Notes: generated from the letters alone by a model not told the origin. A stretch of 64,000 nucleotides of DNA from Dehalococcoidia bacterium (GCA_021731085.1 JAKFYB010000018.1:157647-221646), one strand, 5' to 3'. Counted from the stretch's first letter, positions 29,322 to 39,794 are shown. Translations and numbers: made by a program.

Positions 29322-29422
29322 GCGGGGCAGATCCCTCGAACTTGTGCGGGGTAGGCCGAAGTATAACGGCTGCCTTCGATAGAGACGCGCCCGACATAAC
29401 GACCGCTGCGCCGAGCAGCGCC

Positions 29423-30904
29423 CTACGCCGCTGCCTGCCCGCGTTCCGCGAACCACCCGAGCAGCGCATCTACGCACGCGCCGTCGAGTTGCGTCCCGGT
29501 CACCCGCCGCAGCTCCGCGACAGCATCATCGTGCGACATGCCCTTTCGGTACGGCCGATCCGACACCATCGCGTCGTACGTGTCCGCAACCGAGATGATC
29601 CGCGATAGCAGCGGGATTTCATCGCCGGCCAGCCCGTCCGGATACCCGCGTCCGTCTAGTTTCTCATGGTGCGCGCGAATTACTGTCGCCACCTCGCGCA
29701 ACATCGCCACCCGCGACGCGATCTGCCCGCCGCGCTCCGTGTGCTGCTGCATTTCGGCGAACTCATCGTCAGTTAGCGGCCCCGGCTTCTTGAGGATGTG
29801 ATCCGGCACGCCGATCTTGCCGACGTCGTGCATCTTTGCAGCCAACGCCAACTGCCGCATCTCGACTGCGTTCAGCCCCAGCCGCTGCCCGATTGCGACC
29901 GCGTACGCCCCCACGCGGCGAACATGCCCGTGCGTGCCCACATCCTTGAGCTCGATCGCCTCGACCAGCTCCAGCAGGTCATCGTCATGCCCGCGCTCGA
30001 GCTGCGCGATGGCGTCCCGCATCGATAGCGCGTCGCCGATGGCCTTAATCGTGCCCGCGCGTGCCGCCTCGTACGCCCAGCCGGCGAACAGCACCACAAA
30101 CGATGCCATGTACAACGCGTGGTACAGCCACCACGAGTATGTGAACTCACCGCGCCCCCACAGCATCGCGATCTGTGTTTCGAGCAATAGCACCAGCGCG
30201 CCGATCATCGCCGCCTGCGCCGGCAGCCGCGCGAAGAGATACGCATCCGCATACCGCCAGATTGCAAACGCGATGATCGTGGTCAACAGCAGGCTCATCA
30301 CGAGCTGCAACGCCGCGTTCTCCGTCGGCACCCACTCCAGCCATCCCGGATACGCAAGGCTGATGCCGATGTAGCCGACAAGCGCAACAATCGTGGCGAA
30401 GAAGATCTGCGTCCCGAATCGCTCGATGATGTTCGCGGCTCGAGTTGGCAAGGTTGCCGCGCTCAAGACGACGAAGCACGTCCCGACGAGGATACTTGCG
30501 TACGCCGACACCCGAATGAGCGACACATGATGGTCGTTGTGCAGGTAGTATCCCGGCGTGTTCAGCCCATGCACCGAGAAGATCGCCGCGATCGACGCAA
30601 ACGCCAGCGCCAGGAACAGCAACCGCGTCTCGCGAATCGATCGTGCCGACAGTATCACGACAATCGCCGCAATTGCCGACACCACCGCCGTCCCTGTGAC
30701 TGCCCAGAAGTGGAAGGACAGGTTCACGTACACATCGTCGAGACTCGGATTCAACCGCAGGCCGACGAACAGTAACATCGGCGACGCAAGCACCAACGCG
30801 ACCGAAACGGGAACAATCCTGCGAATATCCTGCACCGATCCTCCACGCCGAGAAGCCAGTTCCTGTGACGGGGGAGTATCGGCGCGCACCATCCGCCGTT
30901 GCAT
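29423..30904 (-). CDS. Membrane-anchored HD-GYP domain protein (7TM receptor with an intracellular HD hydrolase). Putative c-di-GMP phosphodiesterase.
   Basis: N-terminal multi-TM region. HD-GYP motifs HDVGK...HHEKLDGRGYP. Confidence 0.75.
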   Translation of the reverse strand: MQRRMVRADTPPSQELASRRGGSVQDIRRIVPVSVALVLASPMLLFVGLRLNPSLDDVYVNLSFHFWAVTGTAVVSAIAAIVVILSARSIRETRLLFLALAFASIAAIFSVHGLNTPGYYLHNDHHVSLIRVSAYASILVGTCFVVLSAATLPTRAANIIERFGTQIFFATIVALVGYIGISLAYPGWLEWVPTENAALQLVMSLLLTTIIAFAIWRYADAYLFARLPAQAAMIGALVLLLETQIAMLWGRGEFTYSWWLYHALYMASFVVLFAGWAYEAARAGTIKAIGDALSMRDAIAQLERGHDDDLLELVEAIELKDVGTHGHVRRVGAYAVAIGQRLGLNAVEMRQLALAAKMHDVGKIGVPDHILKKPGPLTDDEFAEMQQHTERGGQIASRVAMLREVATVIRAHHEKLDGRGYPDGLAGDEIPLLSRIISVADTYDAMVSDRPYRKGMSHDDAVAELRRVTGTQLDGACVDALLGWFAERGQAAA

Positions 30905-30968
30905 TGCTCAAAAAGGGGAGTCCGCAGCGCTGCGGACTCCCCTTTCGCGATTTCCTTACGTGATTGTC

Positions 30969-33086
30969 CTAGGTCTGCGGAGGTTGTCCTCCGCCATTGG
31001 CGTTCGTCCCGCCGTTCGATGAGGCTTCCGGCAAACGGCCGTTGTTCGATGCCATCATCTGAGCAATAAACGCCGAGAAGATGTTCGATGTGCCGTCAGA
31101 TCCACTGCCACCACTTCCGCCGATCAGGATGTCCGGCGTGATCTTCAGGCCCGCCATCGCGATCGACTTCGTGACCTCGATCCCCGCCAGATTCATCTGC
31201 CCCACAGCGTCGACCTGCTTGTCGTACGCCTCGGCCGTCGCCTGGCCGATCGCGAGAATCTTCTGGCCTTCCGCCGCGCCTTCCAGTTCGATCGCTCGGG
31301 CGCGTCCCTCGGCGCTCAGGATTGTTTGTTGCTTCTCCTGCTCAGCGATCTGCACGGCGATCTGCGCCGCGACCAGTTCCGGCTGCTTGTTCGCTTTTGC
31401 GCGCGTGTTCTCGGTGTCGATGCGCTTCTCTTCCGCTTTCTGCTGCTCCACGAGCATCGCCTGCTGCTGTGCTGCTATGACACGCCGCGTGTGAATCTCC
31501 ATCAACTCCTGCGGCAGGATGATCTGAGAGATCAGCACTGACACGCACTCGACGTGATACTTCTCGAGTTCGACGCGCGCTCGCGCCTCGGCCTTCGCCT
31601 GTTCGTCTGCGCGGTCCTGCATGAACGCCATCGCTTCCGACGACGACGCCTGGTTCCGGAACGATGAGTCGATCATTGGGTGGACGACGTGGTCGATCAG
31701 GTTCTCGATCGAACCGATCTTCGCCACCATCAGCGGCGCCTGATCGGGCCGTACGCGGATGACGACCTTCACGCTCACCCTCATCTCGAAGCCGTCGCGG
31801 CTGATGACAGCCAGCGGGTTGAAGAGCTGCACGCGCCTGATGCTCGGGCTGCCCTCATCTTCGTTGGGCACCATGCCCTCTTCGGCCCAGTCGATCGTCA
31901 GGTTGGTCGTCGGGATGATGTACGCGATGTACGCCCAACGGTTCAGGTAGTACACGCCCGGCCCGGCGACCTCAGCCTGGATACCGCGGAAGCCCGCCGG
32001 TACGACGTATCGCTCTTTGCCCGCGAGCCGCTCTTCGGGCGCGATGTCCGCAGGCTCCTTGCCGACGTTCGATACCAGCACCGCCACTTCACCGCGCTCG
32101 ACGATCGCCACGTTGTCGAGCTTCACGTCGAACATCAGCGGGTTGATGTAGTACGTGCCCGGCTTCAGCAAGTCGAACTGTGGCCCGCGCTGTCCGCCCT
32201 GTGACAGGAACGCCGACGAGTCCTGGAAGTCGGCGTGATTTGGCACACTCATCGCGACCAGCTCGGCCGACGGCAGGGGATCGCCGTCCTTCGCCGTCAC
32301 AAGTCCGACCTGGTTCGCCATCACGACTGTCGCGGGTTGGATCTCGACGTTGAAGAGATCCGTGTTGATGCGGTAGCGTCCCGGCAGCATCACTTCGATC
32401 TGCGGTCCGCGCTGACCGCCACCGCCAACGAACGCCTCGCCGTCCTGATAGGCCTGGTGGCCGTCGACCTTGTGAGAGAGCAGGCGTCCGGGCACGATCG
32501 GCTGACCATCGCGCGCGTTCACGATGCCGACCTGGTTCTGAGAGATCACCACCGCGGACGCCGTCACCACTCGGAACAAGTACGTGTTGATGCGGTACTT
32601 TCCCGGCCCCAGGATGTCCATCTGCGGACCCTTCTGGCCGCCGTTGCGAAGAAAACCTTCAGCATCTTGGTACGAGTCGTGATTGCTGACGCGGCGCGCG
32701 AAGATACGCCCTGGTTCCAGCGGCACCCCGTCGATGGACTCGACCAGCCCCACTTCGTCGTCGGCGATGACGATCATGTCATCTTTCGTCACGCTGTAGA
32801 GAAACGGAATCTGAACCTTCAGACCCGGCTGAAGGACTTGTGCTTGAATGCCGATTTCGCCCGGCATCGCCACGACGCGTCCTTCCGGCAGCGATTTGCC
32901 GAAGTACTTGCGTTCGCGAATACCAACCTGCTGTCCACCGACGTTCACGAGCATCCCGCCGAACAGGATCAGGATCAGCAGAAAGACGAACGCCACCGCT
33001 AGACCAATGAGTACGAGGATCGTTGTGTCCACCGAAACTCCTTCAGGGTCTGCGACTGCCGACGGCAACACACCGCCGGCGCACAC
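30969..33086 (-). CDS. Flotillin-family (SPFH/band-7) membrane protein with 3-4 N-terminal tandem ~72-aa repeats and a C-terminal Ala/Glu-rich coiled coil.
   Basis: N-terminal TM helix. Repeats containing VxxNQVGxVxAxDGxP...GGQRGPQ.D.L.PG.YxIN. SPFH core. An EAxxA-rich tail typical of flotillins. Confidence 0.7.
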   Translation of the reverse strand: MCAGGVLPSAVADPEGVSVDTTILVLIGLAVAFVFLLILILFGGMLVNVGGQQVGIRERKYFGKSLPEGRVVAMPGEIGIQAQVLQPGLKVQIPFLYSVTKDDMIVIADDEVGLVESIDGVPLEPGRIFARRVSNHDSYQDAEGFLRNGGQKGPQMDILGPGKYRINTYLFRVVTASAVVISQNQVGIVNARDGQPIVPGRLLSHKVDGHQAYQDGEAFVGGGGQRGPQIEVMLPGRYRINTDLFNVEIQPATVVMANQVGLVTAKDGDPLPSAELVAMSVPNHADFQDSSAFLSQGGQRGPQFDLLKPGTYYINPLMFDVKLDNVAIVERGEVAVLVSNVGKEPADIAPEERLAGKERYVVPAGFRGIQAEVAGPGVYYLNRWAYIAYIIPTTNLTIDWAEEGMVPNEDEGSPSIRRVQLFNPLAVISRDGFEMRVSVKVVIRVRPDQAPLMVAKIGSIENLIDHVVHPMIDSSFRNQASSSEAMAFMQDRADEQAKAEARARVELEKYHVECVSVLISQIILPQELMEIHTRRVIAAQQQAMLVEQQKAEEKRIDTENTRAKANKQPELVAAQIAVQIAEQEKQQTILSAEGRARAIELEGAAEGQKILAIGQATAEAYDKQVDAVGQMNLAGIEVTKSIAMAGLKITPDILIGGSGGSGSDGTSNIFSAFIAQMMASNNGRLPEASSNGGTNANGGGQPPQT

Positions 33087-33220
33087 CCCGTCCTACTAAA
33101 TCTAGCTCGTCCGCGAACCGCCTGCGAGGGGGCCTGGAGGGAAGTGTTCAAAAGCCGAGCTGGACGGGATAGTCCATACGAACCTTGCCGCCCACCCCAC
33201 CACCGCCGTAGCATCGTCGC

Positions 33221-33856
33221 ATGGATCGCACCCACGAGCCCGGCTGCGACGCCAACCACACCGAACGCCAGCGGTGCACCGGCATTGAACGCTTGGCAGT
33301 CGGTTGCCGTCTTTGTGGCCGAGTGAAGGCTGCCAGCGCTCAACACTGCGACCGCTGTGGCGTGAATCTGTTCCAGACCGACCGGCAGGTCGCTCCGCGG
33401 CCCTTCCAATTGCCTGCGGTGCGCGTTCTGATCCTAACCGAGCTCCTGCCTATCGCGTTCTTCCTCGGCTCGGCGACATTATTTGTCGCGGCTTTTGCGA
33501 CTGAGTCAGACTTGATGTTGTTCGGATCCTTTCTCCTCGCGTTCGGCTTTTTCGTCGGCGGGGTCGGCTGGCTGATGGCCGGGCGCGGGGATATAGCGAT
33601 TTCGATGTGCGCACTTCAGCTCACCCTCGTGAGCCTCACAGCCGTGGCCCTGATCTTCGCCTTTTTCCCTGACTGCGGGAGTTCCGGTTGCGTCGGTAGT
33701 GGAAGTGACGATGAGTGGCGTCCGCTGCGGGCATGGGTGCCGTACTTCATTCTATTGATCGCATCCTGCGCCGTGTCGACCTTCCTACTCACGCGCTACG
33801 TCCAGCGCCCAAGGCTCCAGTCGCACGTGATCCCAGCTGATGCACCAATCGCGTAG
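33221..33856 (+). CDS. Hypothetical membrane protein with an N-terminal zinc-ribbon (CxxC..CxxC).
   Basis: CRLCGRV...HCDRCG followed by about 5 TM helices. Divergent from the flotillin gene. Confidence 0.45.
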   Translation: MDRTHEPGCDANHTERQRCTGIERLAVGCRLCGRVKAASAQHCDRCGVNLFQTDRQVAPRPFQLPAVRVLILTELLPIAFFLGSATLFVAAFATESDLMLFGSFLLAFGFFVGGVGWLMAGRGDIAISMCALQLTLVSLTAVALIFAFFPDCGSSGCVGSGSDDEWRPLRAWVPYFILLIASCAVSTFLLTRYVQRPRLQSHVIPADAPIA

Positions 33857-34152
33857 TTCTAGCGTAGTGCTGCCCGCACAACGCCCCCGGGTGCTCCAGG
33901 AGGTGCCATCACGGCCTTGGATATCGCACAGGCATAGCGCGACAATCGCGCCGCTATGACTCACCCTTCGATCACGGCATCCACAGCAACCTTCTACGAG
34001 AAGGATTGTTCTCGCAAGCGTTCAATCAAATCAATCAAACACGCGAATCAACGGCGCACCGATCGGCCGCTCAAGCCGAACCTACGCCGCGAAAATCGCG
34101 AAAAAACAACCAGACAATCAAAGAGCTTCGCGAGCGCGCGCAGCGACCCTCG

Positions 34153-35589
34153 TTAGTCGAGCCCGGCCCGAAACCGGTGGTACGCGATCGCGCGCGACAG
34201 CGCGCCCGCCGCCCGCTCGAACGACGCGAACACGGCAATCCCACGCTCCTGCACGCGCACCCGCGCCTGCCGCACGACGTCCTCGACGTGCTGTGGCTGC
34301 AACACCGCCGCAAACGGCTTCGACGACTTCTCCTTGTGCGCAGCCAGCGTGTCCAGCAGTCCATCGAGGCTGACGGGATTCGCCTGCCACATGCGGGCAA
34401 GGAAGCCCGAAGCCATCTCCATCGCGATGCCATCGACGTTCTCGTCGCGCTCCAGGATGTCGAACAAACGCGTCAGCGTCTCCGCCGACCCGCCGAAGCC
34501 GATCGTGCCGCCCATGTCGAGCGGATTCTGGAAGCTCCCGCCGACGATGTTGAAGAACGACCCCAGCTCCGCGTACGACGCGTCCGACAGTCGCGGCACA
34601 TCCAGCCCCGCGCCGACGAACGCGTCCGTGATCACAACCGATTGCCCGCCCGTCATCGCCATCAGTCCCATGCGCCTGCCTGTCGAGGGCTTCGCGTACA
34701 ACAGCGCCTTCACAACATCGATCGTATCTTCGAGGCTGTGCGCCTCGATCGCCCCCGCCTGCCGGACGATCGCGCTGAACACCGCCTGCTCCGTAGCCAG
34801 CGAGCCGGTGTGAGATGCCGTCGCCCGGGCGCCGGCATCCGTCACGCCGCCCTTCCAGACAACCACCGGCTTCATAGACGCCGCGCGCCGCAACGACTGT
34901 ACGAAGCGCGGCCCGTCCTTCACGCCCTCGATGTACATCGCGATGACCTTCGTGTCCGCGTCGTCGGCCAGGTAGTCGAGATAATCCGGGACGTCGAGGA
35001 TGATCGCGTTGCCGATGCTGATCGACGTGCTCACGCGCACGCCATGCTGCTCGCCGACAAGCCCGAAGTTAATCGAGTGCGTACCGCTCTGGCCGATGAA
35101 GCCGACCTCGCCGCCGTCGCCGTGGCCCTGGTCGCCGCTCTGCCGGATGCCCAGCTTGCGGTTGTACAGCCCCATGCAGTTCGGCCCGATGAGCGCGATG
35201 CCGCCGTCCGTCGCGATCTGCAGCAGTTGGTCCTGCATCGCGGTCGCGTCTGCCTCGCCTGTCTCCGCAAACCCGGATGTGAAGAGCGCAACGCCGCACA
35301 CCTGCTTCTTCGCGCAGTCAGTCATCACGCGTGTCGCCACCTGTCGCGGCACGGCCAGCATCGCGTAATCCACGTCGCCCGGCACGTCGGCCAGCGAGGT
35401 GAAGTTGGTCACGCCCATCGCCTCAATGCCAGGAATCTCGTTCGGGTCGATCTGCACCGAGTACAGCTTGCACCCGTCGCGCTCGCCGAACGGCGCGTAA
35501 TTCCGCAACCACATGTACCCGTCAGCCCGCTTCGAGCCGACGACTACAACCGTCTTGGGATTGAGTGCACGATTCAGGTCATGGGGCAT
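34153..35589 (-). CDS. Acetate--CoA ligase (ADP-forming) alpha subunit (CoA-binding plus succinyl-CoA-synthetase-alpha-like domains).
   Basis: Conserved HTGSLA phospho-histidine motif. Rossmann CoA-binding N-terminal domain (VVVVGSKRA). Confidence 0.8.
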   Translation of the reverse strand: MPHDLNRALNPKTVVVVGSKRADGYMWLRNYAPFGERDGCKLYSVQIDPNEIPGIEAMGVTNFTSLADVPGDVDYAMLAVPRQVATRVMTDCAKKQVCGVALFTSGFAETGEADATAMQDQLLQIATDGGIALIGPNCMGLYNRKLGIRQSGDQGHGDGGEVGFIGQSGTHSINFGLVGEQHGVRVSTSISIGNAIILDVPDYLDYLADDADTKVIAMYIEGVKDGPRFVQSLRRAASMKPVVVWKGGVTDAGARATASHTGSLATEQAVFSAIVRQAGAIEAHSLEDTIDVVKALLYAKPSTGRRMGLMAMTGGQSVVITDAFVGAGLDVPRLSDASYAELGSFFNIVGGSFQNPLDMGGTIGFGGSAETLTRLFDILERDENVDGIAMEMASGFLARMWQANPVSLDGLLDTLAAHKEKSSKPFAAVLQPQHVEDVVRQARVRVQERGIAVFASFERAAGALSRAIAYHRFRAGLD

Positions 35590-35604
35590 AGCAACCACTC
35601 TTGC

Positions 35605-35627
35605 TGTAGCGCGGGACTTCAGCCCGG
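35605..35627. repeat. TGTAG-hairpin family copy (TGTAGCGCGGGACTTCAGCCCGG) between the acetyl-CoA synthetase alpha and beta subunit genes.
   Basis: Near-identical to the rpsH-rplF copies. Confidence 0.7.
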
Positions 35628-35667
35628 ACGGTACGGGCACCAACGACTGACGGCCGCCGACCGACGA

Positions 35668-36360
35668 TTAGTTCTTGAGCACGACCCGCGCATCGACCGC
35701 GATCGCCCCGTCCTTGTACGCGAACACAGGATTCAGGTCGAGTTCCGCCACGTCCGGATTCGCCTCGATGAAGGACGAGACCTTGAGCAGCAGCGCTTCC
35801 AGCTTGGCGATGTCCGCCGGGTCGCTCCCGCGAAAGCCTTCGAGCACCGGGTATCCCTTGATCTCGTGGATCATCTGGCGCGCATCACGCTCGTTCAGTG
35901 GCACGACGCGAAAGGCGACGTCCTTCAGGATCTCGACCATCACGCCGCCCAGCCCGAACATCATCACCGGCCCGAACTGCGCGTCCGTCGTCATACCAAC
36001 GATGACCTCGGTGCCCTGTTTCTCCATGCGCTGCACGGCCACGCCCTCGATCGTCGCGCCCGGCTCTGCCTTCTTCGCGTTTGCGACGACCCGCTCGAAT
36101 GCCGCGCCCACGTCTTCCGCCGACGTCAGCCCCAGCGCGACACCACCAACGTCCGACTTGTGCGTGATCTGCGGCGACACGATCTTGAGCACGATCGGGT
36201 ACCCAAGCTCGTTCGCCATCTTCACGGCGTCGTCCTTCGTCGTAGCGAGTCGCGCCGGCGAGACGGGTACGCCCGCCTGCTCAAGCAGTTGCTTCGCCTC
36301 AATCTCAGACAGAATCGTCCGGCCATCCTTGCGGGCAGCCTCAATAATCGCGTTTCCCAT
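35668..36360 (-). CDS. Acetate--CoA ligase (ADP-forming) beta subunit (ATP-grasp domain).
   Basis: ATP-grasp fold motifs (YPIVLKIVSPQITHKSDVGGV, GVAVQRM). GAAGGTGAA RBS. Located immediately upstream of the alpha subunit. Confidence 0.8.
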   Translation of the reverse strand: MGNAIIEAARKDGRTILSEIEAKQLLEQAGVPVSPARLATTKDDAVKMANELGYPIVLKIVSPQITHKSDVGGVALGLTSAEDVGAAFERVVANAKKAEPGATIEGVAVQRMEKQGTEVIVGMTTDAQFGPVMMFGLGGVMVEILKDVAFRVVPLNERDARQMIHEIKGYPVLEGFRGSDPADIAKLEALLLKVSSFIEANPDVAELDLNPVFAYKDGAIAVDARVVLKN

Positions 36361-36401
36361 ATTCACCTTCACATTGCAGATGTAAGCGGCCTTTTCCCGG
36401 C

Positions 36402-36430
36402 GATGTGGCACAGCCGTCCCCGGCTGTGAG
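36402..36430. repeat. REP-like family 2 copy (ATGTGGCACAGCCGTCCCCGGCTGTGAG hairpin).
   Basis: Perfect 8-bp stem CACAGCCG/CGGCTGTG with a TCCC loop. Confidence 0.7.
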
Positions 36431-36635
36431 TCGCTGGGTGCAAGCCAGAATCGACGTAAGCGTACGAAACCGCCCCGCGTGGGGCCAATCGAGCAGAAAT
36501 CCGTTGATGTACCCGCGGAGCTTCACCTCCGCCGCAGCCGCCGGTTGCAATGGGCTTGACATCAGTCCGTCAATCAGCGGCCAAAGCGAATACGATCGAT
36601 TGCCTGACACGACCGCCTGTGAACGAGAAGCACGG

Positions 36636-39002
36636 ATGCACCACTCGCTGGCACTAGCCTACGCCGCGGCCGCATGGATCGGCGGGACCGTAGCCTGCGC
36701 ACTGATCGGCGTCGCTGCGTGGCCGGTCGCAATCGCGCTCGCGTGCACCCTCGGCGCATTCGCACTCATTCAGCGCGACAATCGCATCGCCGTCTACGCG
36801 CTCGTGCTGCCCGCGCTCTTCCTCGCCGGCCTCCTCCGCTTCCACACCCATGACACCGGCATCGCGGACGATGACGTCGCGCACTTCATCGACGGTCCCG
36901 CAATGCGCATCCGCGGTGAACTGCGCGATGATCCAGACATCGGCGACACATCCCAGCGCTTCACGATCGATGTGCGCGAAGTGCAGCGAGCAGGCGAGTG
37001 GCATGCCGCCTCCGGCGGCGTGCAGATCCACTCAGGCCTCCGCCCGCAGTACAAAGCCGGCGACATCCTCGAACTGGAAGGCCGCCTCGAAGCACCGCCC
37101 GCGATCGACGACTTCGACTATGCCGAGTACCTGGCGCAGCGCAACATCCACAGCATCCTCGCCTTCCCGGAAGCAGCGCTGGTCGGCCACGACGATGGCG
37201 GCTTCCTGCGCGAATCGCTGCTCACCGTCCGGCGCGATCTCTCGCACGGCCTCACATTGGCCCTCCCCGAACCTCAAGCATCGCTCGCGCAAGGCGTCCT
37301 CCTCGGCGAGAAGTCCGCACTTCCTACCGATCTGCACGACGATCTCAACGCGACCAACACGTCGCACCTCGTCGTCGTGTCGGGCGGTAACATCGTGATC
37401 GTCGCATCGATCGTGGCTGGTGCGTTCACGTGGCTCGTCGGCCGTCGCCGCGCGATGTGGATCGCGCTCGCCGCCATCGTCGCCTACATGCTGCTCGTCG
37501 GCCCGTCCCCACCCGTCGTCCGTGGCACGATCATGGGCGCGCTTCTCGTCATCGCACAGGTCAACGGCCGCCGCTCGAACGGAACCGTCGCCATCGTACT
37601 CGCCGCCGCGATCATGATCGCCGTCGATCCGGAAGCCGTTCGCGACGTCTCATTCCAGCTCAGCTTCGCAGCAACCGCCGGCATCGTCCTCCTCGGCGGC
37701 CCGCTGCACGACTGGATTACTCACGCACTCTGCCGTATCACCCGGCGTGATGCGCTCCCAAGCGCGCTCAGCGCCTTCGTGATCGCGCCGCTCTCGATGA
37801 CGCTCGCCGCGATCATCGCGACCGAACCACTTGTCGCGCTGAACTTCGGACGCGTCTCGCTCGTCGCAGTTCCAGCGAACATGCTCATCGTCCCTGCCTT
37901 CCCACTGATCCTCGGCGCATCCGCCGTCGCCGCGATCGGCGGACTGATTCCGCACATGCACCTGGTGTTCGCCGCGCCCGCCTACTACGCGCTCACTTAC
38001 TGGATCGCCGTCGTCGAAGCGCTCGCATCGCTGCCCTCGGCGGCCCTATCCATCGGCGGCTACACATCGTGGTGGGCGACGATGAGCTACGCAGCCATCA
38101 CGCTCGCGGCATTCGGTCTTTTGAAACGGTTCGGGCGCCCGTCCGGCGGCCATCTCGAAGCGCCCATTTCGTTGCGACGCCTGCTTCCGCTCGCAAGCAT
38201 CGGCGTCCCCGTTGCCGTGCTCGTCGCAACAGCGGGATTCGTGCTGCGCCCGGAAGCGCCGCCACGACTTCGCATCACCGTCCTCGACGTCGGACAGGGC
38301 GACGCCATCCTCGTCCAGACGCCAGACGGCACGGACCTCCTCATCGACGGCGGTCCCGGCGCCGCCGTGCTGCGTGGCCTCGGCGGCGAACTCGCGTGGC
38401 AGGACCGCAGCATCGAAACCGTCATCCTCACCCACCCCGACGCCGACCACCTGTTCGGCCTTTACGACGTGCTCGACCGCTTTGACGTGAGTCGCGTGAT
38501 CATGGGCCCGGGTTCCGTTCCCGACGATTGGTCGCAAGCGGTGACGAATGAAGGCGCCGAAACCGAACGCGCCATCGCAGGCACAAAATTCGATCTGGGC
38601 AACGGCATCGTGCTCGACGTGCTCTCCCCCGGTCACCAACCATTCGAGCACGACAACGACGCCTCGCTCGTCCTTCGCCTCACCTGGAACAACGTCAGCT
38701 TTCTCCTCACAGGCGACATCGAGGCCTTCGCAGAAGAAGCGCTGCTCGCAAGTGGCATCGACCTAATGTCGACAGTCCTCAAGGTTCCACACCACGGCAG
38801 CGCAACCTCAAGCACGCGCGCCTTCCTCGACGCCGTATCGCCAACCATCTCCGTCGTCTCCTCCGGCAAGGACAACAAGCACGGTCATCCCGCCGCAGAC
38901 GTCGTCGATCGCCTCGACGACTACGGCGTTGTGCTGAACACGGCGGACTCAGGCGCCATTTCATTCGAAACCGACGGCGAGCGGCTCTGGGTCTACGACT
39001 GA
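36636..39002 (+). CDS. comEC: DNA internalization-related competence protein ComEC/Rec2, with a C-terminal metallo-beta-lactamase domain.
   Basis: Competence-domain TM region. MBL motif ITVLDVGQGDAILV ... VILTHPDADHLFGL ... KVPHHGS. Confidence 0.85.
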   Translation: MHHSLALAYAAAAWIGGTVACALIGVAAWPVAIALACTLGAFALIQRDNRIAVYALVLPALFLAGLLRFHTHDTGIADDDVAHFIDGPAMRIRGELRDDPDIGDTSQRFTIDVREVQRAGEWHAASGGVQIHSGLRPQYKAGDILELEGRLEAPPAIDDFDYAEYLAQRNIHSILAFPEAALVGHDDGGFLRESLLTVRRDLSHGLTLALPEPQASLAQGVLLGEKSALPTDLHDDLNATNTSHLVVVSGGNIVIVASIVAGAFTWLVGRRRAMWIALAAIVAYMLLVGPSPPVVRGTIMGALLVIAQVNGRRSNGTVAIVLAAAIMIAVDPEAVRDVSFQLSFAATAGIVLLGGPLHDWITHALCRITRRDALPSALSAFVIAPLSMTLAAIIATEPLVALNFGRVSLVAVPANMLIVPAFPLILGASAVAAIGGLIPHMHLVFAAPAYYALTYWIAVVEALASLPSAALSIGGYTSWWATMSYAAITLAAFGLLKRFGRPSGGHLEAPISLRRLLPLASIGVPVAVLVATAGFVLRPEAPPRLRITVLDVGQGDAILVQTPDGTDLLIDGGPGAAVLRGLGGELAWQDRSIETVILTHPDADHLFGLYDVLDRFDVSRVIMGPGSVPDDWSQAVTNEGAETERAIAGTKFDLGNGIVLDVLSPGHQPFEHDNDASLVLRLTWNNVSFLLTGDIEAFAEEALLASGIDLMSTVLKVPHHGSATSSTRAFLDAVSPTISVVSSGKDNKHGHPAADVVDRLDDYGVVLNTADSGAISFETDGERLWVYD

Positions 39003-39037
39003 ATGACGCTAGCGGGCGATGCCGCTAACCTTCAGCC

Positions 39038-39772
39038 ATGCAACGACACGATGGCCGCCGACCCGACCAGCTCCGCCCGGTATCAATCGAAACCAACTAC
39101 CTGCCCCACGCAGAGGGCTCGGCGCTCGTGAAGTTCGGCGAGACGTGGGTGCTTTGCGCCGTCAGCCTCGAAGAGAAAGTCCCAGGCTTCCTCCGCGGCA
39201 CCGGAAGCGGCTGGGTCACCGCCGAGTACGGCATGCTCCCCCGTTCGACCAACACCCGCACCGACCGCGAGGCCGCCCGCGGCAAGCAAAGCGGCCGCTC
39301 GATGGAGATCCAGCGCCTCATCGGCCGCGCCCTCCGCAGCGTCACCAACCTCGACCTGCTCGGCGAGCGCAGCTTCACCGTCGACTGTGACGTCCTGAAG
39401 GCGGACGGCGGCACGCGCACGGCGTCGATCACCGGCTCGTGCGTAGCACTCGCGCAGGCGCTGAACACGCTCGTGAAGGACGGCTTGGTAGGTTCGCTGC
39501 CGATGTCCGGCCTCGTCGGGGCCGTCAGCGTCGGGGTACACGAGAACGCCGCGCTTCTCGACCTCGACTACATCGAGGACTCATCGGCGGAGGTCGACTT
39601 CAACGTCGTCATGACCGACGAAGGCAAGTTCGTCGAAGTGCAGGGCACCGCCGAGGGCAAGGCCTTCGACCGCGCGATGATGGACAGCCTCATCGACACC
39701 GCCGCCGCCGGCATCCGCGACCTAAACGCCATCCAGCGCAAGTCCCTCTCCGATCTCGGCATCGAGCTATAA
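39038..39772 (+). CDS. rph: Ribonuclease PH.
   Basis: Conserved RxDGR, [14 protein letters not shown] and phosphate-binding [11 protein letters not shown] motifs. Confidence 0.9.
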   Translation: MQRHDGRRPDQLRPVSIETNYLPHAEGSALVKFGETWVLCAVSLEEKVPGFLRGTGSGWVTAEYGMLPRSTNTRTDREAARGKQSGRSMEIQRLIGRALRSVTNLDLLGERSFTVDCDVLKADGGTRTASITGSCVALAQALNTLVKDGLVGSLPMSGLVGAVSVGVHENAALLDLDYIEDSSAEVDFNVVMTDEGKFVEVQGTAEGKAFDRAMMDSLIDTAAAGIRDLNAIQRKSLSDLGIEL

Positions 39773-39794
39773 CCCGGTCGATGTGAGGGCCGGT

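Noticed and set aside
29322-29422. The 101-nt spacer upstream of dnaX, where an SRP (4.5S, ffs) RNA gene often sits.
   Set aside because: The reverse-complement transcript lacks the conserved domain IV motif (GGUCAGGUCCGGAAGGAAGCAGCC) beyond a weak GAAGGCAGCC resemblance. Its 5' and 3' ends are not complementary. The 5' hairpin looks like the terminator of the upstream HD-GYP gene.
33956-36429. 807-aa plus-strand ORF and other long ORFs antisense to real genes (e.g. 5519..6919, 2306..3520, 24848-region partners, 34006..36429).
   Set aside because: These are high-GC artefacts. They lie exactly antisense to well-supported genes (acetyl-CoA synthetase subunits, PBP, lipoprotein). They have Arg/Ala/Pro-rich low-complexity translations, no RBS, and no recognisable domains.
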